Positions 38,409 through 45,539 of a stretch of 46,765 bases of DNA are shown here, in pieces. The stretch's first letter is position 1; every line of letters begins with the position of its first letter. The notes below the pieces were generated by a model that ran no database searches, was not told the origin of the DNA, and saw only the letters and a list, made by a program, of their open reading frames with translations. This DNA comes from Candidatus Aenigmatarchaeota archaeon (GTDB lineage Archaea; Aenigmatarchaeota; Aenigmatarchaeia; CG10238-14; SpSt-28). Location of the stretch: NCBI GenBank assembly GCA_020832825.1, contig JAJHRL010000003.1:1-46765 (forward strand), read 5' to 3'. Position numbers and translations under genes: made by a program.

Positions 38409-38519
38409 AAATATTTTTTGATGCTACATTAATATTATTTATGGAGCAACCACATTATACAACTCAAACAATTTTGGTAAATATTTTCCTCTGTTGTGTT
38501 TACTTTTTGAGGTGAAAAA

Positions 38520-38678
38520 ATGCAGAAAATTGTTGGATTTATGTTAATCTTGATTGGTCTTTCCATGATAATTTTTTTTCCATTTTTAGACAGATATCAA
38601 CCTGAAGAAATGGCCAAAACTGCTGCCTTAATTGGAGCAATACTAACTTTTGCTGGAATTTTTCTTCTCAAAAGTTAA
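38520..38678 (+). CDS. 52-aa two-TM microprotein (not in ORF track)
   Basis: Strong SD GAGGTGA then MQKIVGFMLILIGLSMIIFFPFLDRYQPEEMAKTAALIGAILTFAGIFLLKS*. Confidence 0.75.
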   Translation: MQKIVGFMLILIGLSMIIFFPFLDRYQPEEMAKTAALIGAILTFAGIFLLKS

Positions 38679-38700
38679 TATTCACAAATAAAAATTAGTT

Positions 38701-40473
38701 ATGATTGAGTATCCGCGTTATCCTGCAGATTTTCCTCCGAAGATGAGACCTGGGGAAGGAGTAAATTCAAATCCCAATGATCAAAATGAAACTTTGGTTT
38801 ATAGTGCTCCGTTAGGAGGATGTACTAAAGTTTACTACAGTCTGATGGTTTGGCTTGGAACATGGGGGTTTCAAACCTTCAAAGTTGAAGAGAGCATATT
38901 CGTTTCTCCAGTAAATAAGAATTACTATGAAATCGTGTTAGGAGAGAAAGAAAGACTGGCCCAGCAGATTAAAACTGGTTTAACAAGCATTGCTCAAGCT
39001 TATGCGGATCTTGAGCTAATTTTACATGATCTAAGAAAGTACAAAGAATATGTAAGGCTTTTCAACGAAATTGAAGAAGCAGAAAATATTTTAAAGAAAG
39101 AAAAAGATGAAAAGAAAATTGAAGAGGCGAAAAATAAGAAGATAAAGGCCTTACAAACATTAAGATCCATTTTCATAGATCAAGTTGACGTGCATACAGA
39201 TTTACCAAATGTTCCTATAGCCCTTCGCTCTATTGCTTCAAGATGGCCAACTATAATCTCAGATTTTATGAAGCTTGATAATGAAAGCAAACCAGAAGAA
39301 ATAAAATTAGATGTTTCCTATGCTGAAAAAGTTGTACTAGCTACAAAGAATAAGCTATTCTGGAGTTGGTTGGAAATGTTTAAGAATACGGTTAAACAGA
39401 GGTACGAAAGGTTAAAAGAGCTGGCTGTGGCAAGGGAAAACTCTGTAAGAGAATATAAAGAGATGCTAAAACCAATTGCAGCAAGATATAAGATGATAAA
39501 TGACATGCTTAGCTTTCCTGAAAAGAGGGGGAGAATGTATGTTCACGTTTTTAGACCAGAGGCTCAGGCTTTTTCTATAGATACTATGACTGTGTGGGCC
39601 TGGAAACCGTTTGCACCAGAGGAAAAATGGAAAGCGAGCAGGCAGCAATTTGACAAAGTACCTGCAAAACAAGCCGGTTTTACTGATGAGGAAATAGAGG
39701 AGATAAAAAAAATTCAAAAAGAGAAAGGTAAGAAGTATGTCGATGAGAATGGAATGGTAGAGGCTTTGCCAATAGAGCCTTCTATTGATGGTATTGTAAG
39801 AGAAATAGTGAGAAAAATAAATGAAGATTCGGAATATAAAAAGTTTGGAGTAAAAATTACTACGGAAGACCTTTTTGAAGCAAGAAAAAGACTTTTAGAG
39901 AGATACCGCAAACTACCTGAAGGATCTGGCGGTGTAATTTGGCCTTTTAGTCCGTATTTCGTATTTGTTGAGATTCCAATGAGAAGAACATGTCTGCTCC
40001 TGCCAGATGGTACCCAGCTTGAAAGTCTGGCTATAGAAAATTTAAGAACATATGTTAAGACTCAAAACATAATAATTGGGCACATTCTGGAGGTAATGGC
40101 AAGAGAGAAAATATTAGAGAATTACATAGGCCAACTACTAGGAGAATTTGGAATAGATAAGGAAGGGAAAGTGAAAAAAGTTGAAGAAATGTTAAAGGAG
40201 GAGTTTCCCTATATTTATGGAGAAGTTAAAAAAACAACGGAAACAAAAGAGAAAGAAAAGAAAGCTGGTGTGTTGGATTTTCTGAAGAAAATCATGGACT
40301 ATTTTGGAATTCAACTAACATTCTTAAGATCGTATGGACCTTACGAATTTAATGTAGCTTATCGATTAGCAAAACATTACTTTAAATTCTCTGGAGAAGT
40401 GTTTAAGCAAATCAAAAGTTTTCTTGACTCTTCTTTCCAAGTTCCAGGGGCCTCTGCGGAGGTTAAAATATGA
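38701..40473 (+). CDS. Large helical or coiled-coil hypothetical protein (590 aa)
   Basis: Long ORF with native codon style, no recognisable catalytic motif; ATGA overlap with next gene. Confidence 0.85.
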   Translation: MIEYPRYPADFPPKMRPGEGVNSNPNDQNETLVYSAPLGGCTKVYYSLMVWLGTWGFQTFKVEESIFVSPVNKNYYEIVLGEKERLAQQIKTGLTSIAQAYADLELILHDLRKYKEYVRLFNEIEEAENILKKEKDEKKIEEAKNKKIKALQTLRSIFIDQVDVHTDLPNVPIALRSIASRWPTIISDFMKLDNESKPEEIKLDVSYAEKVVLATKNKLFWSWLEMFKNTVKQRYERLKELAVARENSVREYKEMLKPIAARYKMINDMLSFPEKRGRMYVHVFRPEAQAFSIDTMTVWAWKPFAPEEKWKASRQQFDKVPAKQAGFTDEEIEEIKKIQKEKGKKYVDENGMVEALPIEPSIDGIVREIVRKINEDSEYKKFGVKITTEDLFEARKRLLERYRKLPEGSGGVIWPFSPYFVFVEIPMRRTCLLLPDGTQLESLAIENLRTYVKTQNIIIGHILEVMAREKILENYIGQLLGEFGIDKEGKVKKVEEMLKEEFPYIYGEVKKTTETKEKEKKAGVLDFLKKIMDYFGIQLTFLRSYGPYEFNVAYRLAKHYFKFSGEVFKQIKSFLDSSFQVPGASAEVKI

Positions 40474-42296
40474 GCTATAAAATTGGTGTTTCGAGCGGAT
40501 GGTGGAGTATTGCAAGAAGTGAGGAATTATTGGGTATAGCGAGTAAGATAGGTTCTGTTGCAACTTATGGTGTAAACTTCGTTCAAGTTGATTTTGAGAG
40601 CATAGCGGAGTTTCAAGAACCAGAGGTTATCAAAAAAATAAAGAGACTTGTGGATACTCTGCAAGTAGATTGGGGTATGCATGGGGAGATTGGAGAAATG
40701 ATGGCTCTTGAAAGCGCCCTTGAAGTTTTTTGGAAGCATAGTCATAGGAGGCTTCATCAATATTTAGATACAATCTATTTGAAATTCTGGATAGAAGGAG
40801 ATTATAGAGAATACATTCCAAAATACATCGTTTTTCATGCTTCTAATACATTGACAATAGCTATGATTGTTGAAAGATATAGATATGCTGGGCAAATGAC
40901 TGTAACACCATTTGGAGATGTTAATTGGATAGAATTCATCAATAGAAATAAAAAATTAAAGGAATGGGTTGAAAAAAGCAATTTGCTTTACTTTTTAATT
41001 GGAAAGGAGAGCGGTCTCGGTTTTGTATCTGTTGAAGACATAAAAAAGAAGATTTATGAAAAAATAGGAGAAGAGGTTATGAAAGAAGGCGAATCTCTTA
41101 AGGAAGAGTTAGAAAAGGAAGTAGAAACTCATAGGCATGCATGGGAGTTTTTCAGAGAGATTACAAAACTTAGGTTTGCAGAAGGCGCAATAACCTATGA
41201 AGACATAGCATATCTTATAGTAGCAAGATATCTTTTCGAGGAAAGGAATAATCCGAACGAGCCTCTATGGAATCTTTTCTTTCCTAACTATTCAACAGAA
41301 AATGGATGGGAAAAACTTGAAGAAGATTTGATGGGAAAGGAAGTAAAATTCTTAAATATTGAAAAGGGAGAGGTAAGATTACCTCCACAAATAGTAGCTT
41401 TAGTTGCAGCAAGATACATTCTTGGTCATTTCACAGAAAGAAATAAGGAAGAATTTATAGCAGAGGAGAAGAGACAGTTGGAAAGAATTCTACCAAAAGA
41501 CAAATTGAAAGAAATAGAGGAGAATTTCCTAAAGAAAACACCATTCGAGAAACTTGCAATATTAAACAATCTTATCTCAGAAAAAGTAGGAAAGGAGAAA
41601 AGAAAATTCATGATACTTTTTGAAAATCCTGAACTTAAAGCGGCTGGGGAAGAAGGATTACAAAGGCTTATCCACGCTGTTGACATCTACAAAATGGTTA
41701 AAGCTGCAGAAAAAATTGCTAAAGATGTGTACATAGGAATGGTTTTTGATCAGGAGCACTATTTGCACAATAACTTAGACCCAATGAACGAGATAAAAAG
41801 TCTTAAGAGCGAAGCAAGCGACTTAGGAAAGTTTCTTCTCGTTTTCCATGTCGGTGCTCCTAAACCTTATCATCCTGCTCATGAACCGATAGATATTGGT
41901 AGTGAGGCACAATTTTGGATTTACAAATATGCATACGAACTTAGAAAACTTGGATTTGGAGTGGGAGAAAATGAAGGAATTTTTATTTTTGAGAGAGGCG
42001 GAGCCAGAGGACAAACTCCAGCTCAATTTATAGGTCAATCGGCTGCTGCACTAAGAATTATTGTTGAATATCTAGAGAAAAACGTGGAACCAGAAAAGCT
42101 TCCACCAGAATTTTATGGTATTTCCCCGAAAGAGATACTTGCTGAAGAAAGACAGCTTGCTATTATTAGAGAGCATTTCTTCGATCCGCTAAAAGGTTTG
42201 TTGCAAGTTCCTGAGGAAGAATACACATTCTTAGGAAGTAAAGCCATAGAGAAAGGGAAAAGACCTGAAGAATGGAAGAAAGAAGAGATAAGATAA
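40470..42296 (+). CDS. Endonuclease IV / xylose-isomerase-like TIM-barrel metalloenzyme with large insertion
   Basis: Ordered ligands H71 (GMHG), H123 (VFHAS), E385 (FENP), D427/H430 (FDQEH), H460, H471, E508 (IFERG). Confidence 0.78.
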   Translation: MSYKIGVSSGWWSIARSEELLGIASKIGSVATYGVNFVQVDFESIAEFQEPEVIKKIKRLVDTLQVDWGMHGEIGEMMALESALEVFWKHSHRRLHQYLDTIYLKFWIEGDYREYIPKYIVFHASNTLTIAMIVERYRYAGQMTVTPFGDVNWIEFINRNKKLKEWVEKSNLLYFLIGKESGLGFVSVEDIKKKIYEKIGEEVMKEGESLKEELEKEVETHRHAWEFFREITKLRFAEGAITYEDIAYLIVARYLFEERNNPNEPLWNLFFPNYSTENGWEKLEEDLMGKEVKFLNIEKGEVRLPPQIVALVAARYILGHFTERNKEEFIAEEKRQLERILPKDKLKEIEENFLKKTPFEKLAILNNLISEKVGKEKRKFMILFENPELKAAGEEGLQRLIHAVDIYKMVKAAEKIAKDVYIGMVFDQEHYLHNNLDPMNEIKSLKSEASDLGKFLLVFHVGAPKPYHPAHEPIDIGSEAQFWIYKYAYELRKLGFGVGENEGIFIFERGGARGQTPAQFIGQSAAALRIIVEYLEKNVEPEKLPPEFYGISPKEILAEERQLAIIREHFFDPLKGLLQVPEEEYTFLGSKAIEKGKRPEEWKKEEIR

Positions 42297-42324
42297 GCTT
42301 TAAAGTTTGAAAACATATTAAAAA

Positions 42325-43152
42325 ATGATTGAAAAGCTGGAAAAAGAATTAGAAAATGTTAAGCTTGTAAAGAAAGACGAAATAGAGGAAAGGAAAAATT
42401 TCTTAATCGAAAAAAGTGTGAAGCTAATGAATGAAGTTAGAAAAAAATTTGGAGAAATAGTTAAATCTGTTTTAATATTTGGCTCCGTTGCGAGAGGCGA
42501 CCTTAAGCCAACTTCAGATGCTGACGTATGGATAATACTCGATGATACTCTTTCAAAGACATCTGTAGATCTAGAAAGAGTGAAAGAAGAGATAGTAAGC
42601 ATGGCAGAAAGTCTGAAGGATTTACATGTACAAACTACATATCTAACTGAATTCTGGCAGTGGGTTAGGGCAGGTTCACCAGAATTGGTGAATTTCCTAA
42701 GATATGGCCTAGTTCTTTACGATACAGGATTTGTAAAACCTGTACAGCGCATGCTTCAACTTGGATTACTTCCTCCTAGTGAAGAAGTCATTAAATTAAA
42801 GCAAAAAACCTCGGAAATAAGACTAGAAAGGATAAAAGGAGATTTGAAAAACCTGGTTTTTGATTTGAGGTATTGCGCGAGCGATATGATACAAGCTGTT
42901 GTTATGTACTATTATAAAACTCAGCCGGATCCAAAAGACATTCCTAAGTATTTGGAAAAAATGATAGAAGAAGGTAAAATAGAGAAAGAGATCCTAGAAA
43001 AGTGGAAAGAGATTGATAAGCTATGGAAAGATGTAGACCATCAAATTGTCAAGGAAGTTGATGGAGAGTATGTTCAAAAAACTTTGAAATTAACACAAGA
43101 AATAGTTGAAAGAATGAAGAAATTGCTTCCTCAAGAAATATTGGAGGTGTAA
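42325..43152 (+). CDS. Pol-beta-type nucleotidyltransferase fused to HEPN-like domain (paralog 1)
   Basis: FGSVARGD...SDADV; helical C-domain with WKDVDH. Confidence 0.85.
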   Translation: MIEKLEKELENVKLVKKDEIEERKNFLIEKSVKLMNEVRKKFGEIVKSVLIFGSVARGDLKPTSDADVWIILDDTLSKTSVDLERVKEEIVSMAESLKDLHVQTTYLTEFWQWVRAGSPELVNFLRYGLVLYDTGFVKPVQRMLQLGLLPPSEEVIKLKQKTSEIRLERIKGDLKNLVFDLRYCASDMIQAVVMYYYKTQPDPKDIPKYLEKMIEEGKIEKEILEKWKEIDKLWKDVDHQIVKEVDGEYVQKTLKLTQEIVERMKKLLPQEILEV

Positions 43153-43155
43153 AAA

Positions 43156-44289
43156 GTGAATGAAAGAGAGAAAAGAATGCAAGAGGCAAGAGAGTTTGCA
43201 AAGAGGGCATTAGAAAAATATGGCAACCTGATAAAATCTATTGTCTTGATGGGCTCGCTTGCTAGAGGAGAATTTAAGCCAGAAAGTGATATAGACATAA
43301 TAGTAATATTAGATGATACGCTAGAAGAGTTAAGCGAACAAAAATTAGAAGCGATAGATGATGATTTGGAAAAAATAGCAAAAAGTATTTCAGATAGACT
43401 ATCAATTCAACCATCTTACACTTTAACTGAGTTTGTTGATTATGCAAAATCTGGTCATCCCATAGTTTACAATTTCATCAAAGAGGGGGAACCTCTTTTT
43501 GATTCTGGCTTCTTCATGCCATGGAAAAGACTACTTAAACTTGGAAAGATTCAGGGGACGAGGGAAGCAATAGAGAATTATATGGAAGATGCTCCAAAAA
43601 AGTTAGCTAGGGCAAAAACTGTAAAATTGTTAATGCTTGCCGAAGATTGCTATTACGCTATGGTAAACTCAACCCAAGCTGTTCTAATGTTCATGGGTTT
43701 GGAACCACCTGTACCAAGTAAGTTGTATGACGAAGTAATGGAATATCTCGTTAAGCCTGGTCTTTTAGAAGAAGAATATGCAAAATGGTTGAAAGAAATT
43801 GTTCAAATAAGAAAAGACATAGAACATAAAAAACTTTTGGATGTTAAAGGAGAATTTGTAGATCAATGGATTGAAAGAGCGGAAAAATATGTTGAAAAAA
43901 TGTTTAACTTGCTTAATGCGCTTGAGATAAGAAAGAAAGAGAAGATTCTTGAAAGAACGCATGAGGTTATGATTAAAGCTGCAGCAACGGCCATAAAAGC
44001 CTTACATAAGTTGCCAGAAAACATGCAAATAGATGAATTGGAAAAACATCTAGGAATTAGTATAAGAGATGCTTTTAAAAGAGACTTCATAGATTCAAAA
44101 AGAATTGAAGGATATTACTTTGACATTTGGAAAAGAATTGAAGAATTGAAGAAAGAAGTTATAGATGAAAAGAAATTGGAGAAGTTAAAAGGAAATGAAG
44201 TAGAGCAATTGAGAGAATATGTAAGAAAGCTTATTCATGAGCTCTCTAGAGCTTTGAAAGAAGAAAGGAAAAACATTGAACAAAGCTAA
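43156..44289 (+). CDS. Pol-beta-type nucleotidyltransferase fused to HEPN plus second HEPN-like repeat (paralog 2)
   Basis: MGSLARGE...SDIDI; CYYAM and RKDIEH (Rx4H); GTG start with SD GGAGGTG. Confidence 0.87.
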   Translation: MNEREKRMQEAREFAKRALEKYGNLIKSIVLMGSLARGEFKPESDIDIIVILDDTLEELSEQKLEAIDDDLEKIAKSISDRLSIQPSYTLTEFVDYAKSGHPIVYNFIKEGEPLFDSGFFMPWKRLLKLGKIQGTREAIENYMEDAPKKLARAKTVKLLMLAEDCYYAMVNSTQAVLMFMGLEPPVPSKLYDEVMEYLVKPGLLEEEYAKWLKEIVQIRKDIEHKKLLDVKGEFVDQWIERAEKYVEKMFNLLNALEIRKKEKILERTHEVMIKAAATAIKALHKLPENMQIDELEKHLGISIRDAFKRDFIDSKRIEGYYFDIWKRIEELKKEVIDEKKLEKLKGNEVEQLREYVRKLIHELSRALKEERKNIEQS

Positions 44290-44292
44290 TTA

Positions 44293-44523
44293 TTATTCCA
44301 TTATTAAATCAGTATGTTTACCGACTCCACTAAGCTGAATAGATATGGGGTTATATCCTTTCGTTTGTTTAAATGCATTAAGAATTCTATCACACTCTCC
44401 TTTGATAAACCTTCTTTCTTTTGAAGTAAATCGCTTGAGAACTCCTGCACTACTATTGCACATTATTTCAATAATTTCTTTTTCACTAACCTCAGTTATT
44501 TTTGAAACACATGAAATTACTCT
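44293..44523 (-). pseudogene. Possible gene remnant or short ORF (76 sense codons; first ATG 44463)
   Basis: Open frame RVISCVSKITEVSEKEIIEIMCNSS...DLIME* fills an otherwise unexplained gap of about 250 nt. Confidence 0.3.
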
Positions 44524-44544
44524 TTAAAAAACAATTCAACAAAA

Positions 44545-45360
44545 TTAAAATTTTGAGGATAAATTACTAGCTTCATGCTTTTCTGACCGAAAGATCTTTA
44601 AGGCCTTTTCATAACTTTTCATATCATTGATCGGTAGCCAAACATCTGGCGGAACAACTAGACTGTAAAGTTTTCCTTGAGAGGCAAGCCGAGGTATAAT
44701 AACATCTTCAAACTCAATTGGTTTTGGTAGAGTAATTTCTATCTCTTCTCTTATTAAATCAAGGACCTCTTTTTCAAACATATAGAGACCAATGTTAGTT
44801 AAGGTATCTACTAATGGTTTCTCAACGAAAGAAATAACCTTTCCCTCTCCATTCAATTTAGCAACACCGAATGGAAACTCTATTCCATTTACTAAAGTTA
44901 TCGTACCTAGTGAGCCATATTTATTAACAAAAGAAAGATGTTGAAGAAAGAGCTTTAATGGTAGTAGAGAATCGAACTTCAGATCATCTGGAAAAGAAAT
45001 TATAAACCTTTCCTTTTTTATTTTTCCTTGATCAAGTGCATATTTCAAAGCTTTTCCTTTTCCCCAATTCTCCGTTGTTGGATCAACCGAAATTTCCACG
45101 CTAAATCTCTTCTTATAACCCATTTTTTCCACATGCTCTTCTATTTGTTCATGCATATGACCAAGAACTAAAACAAAATTTTTAAATCCACATTTAGCAA
45201 AGAAATCTAACTCATTGTCTAATAGTGTCCATCCTTCCCTCAATTCGAGTAATGCTTTTGGTTTATCTATTTTTCCCATTCTTTTTGCGGAACCGCCAGC
45301 AAGAATAACAACTTGAGTTTTTTCTACCTCTTTCTTAAGATTTTCTAAAATCTCTACCAT
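44545..45360 (-). CDS. NDP-sugar pyrophosphorylase / nucleotidyltransferase family protein
   Basis: VILAGGSAKRM...PKAL, PFGVA, FVEKP, NIGLYMF. Confidence 0.9.
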   Translation of the reverse strand: MVEILENLKKEVEKTQVVILAGGSAKRMGKIDKPKALLELREGWTLLDNELDFFAKCGFKNFVLVLGHMHEQIEEHVEKMGYKKRFSVEISVDPTTENWGKGKALKYALDQGKIKKERFIISFPDDLKFDSLLPLKLFLQHLSFVNKYGSLGTITLVNGIEFPFGVAKLNGEGKVISFVEKPLVDTLTNIGLYMFEKEVLDLIREEIEITLPKPIEFEDVIIPRLASQGKLYSLVVPPDVWLPINDMKSYEKALKIFRSEKHEASNLSSKF

Positions 45361-45398
45361 ATGAAATTTTAGAGAACATTTTTAAAGTTGCAGATAAT

Positions 45399-45498
45399 AG
45401 CCCTGGGAGGGATTTGAACCCTCAACCCCCCGCTAGCTTGCTATCATCAATCAAACTAGCGATACAAGGCGGGTGCTCTACCGTTGAGCTACCAGGGC
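45399..45498 (-). tRNA. tRNA-Thr(TGT) with 28-nt intron at 37/38 (45435-45462)
   Basis: Acceptor GCCCTGG/CCAGGGC plus U73, CCCGC-CT-TGT-A|A-GCGGG, BHB central helix CTTG:CAAG. Confidence 0.92.
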
Positions 45499-45521
45499 AA
45501 TTTTTTCTTTTAGATTTTTAC

Positions 45522-45527
45522 ATTAAA
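45522..45527 (-). promoter_or_regulatory. TATA box of tRNA-Thr
   Basis: TTTAAT on the minus strand beginning 29 nt upstream of tRNA position 1. Confidence 0.5.
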
Positions 45528-45539
45528 TCTTTAATTTGT

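Noticed and set aside
42325-44289. NTase pair as split CC- and A-adding enzymes
   Set aside because: They lack the size and body/tail architecture of archaeal class I CCA enzymes and carry HEPN-like C-termini; not strictly excluded without a genome-wide search for cca
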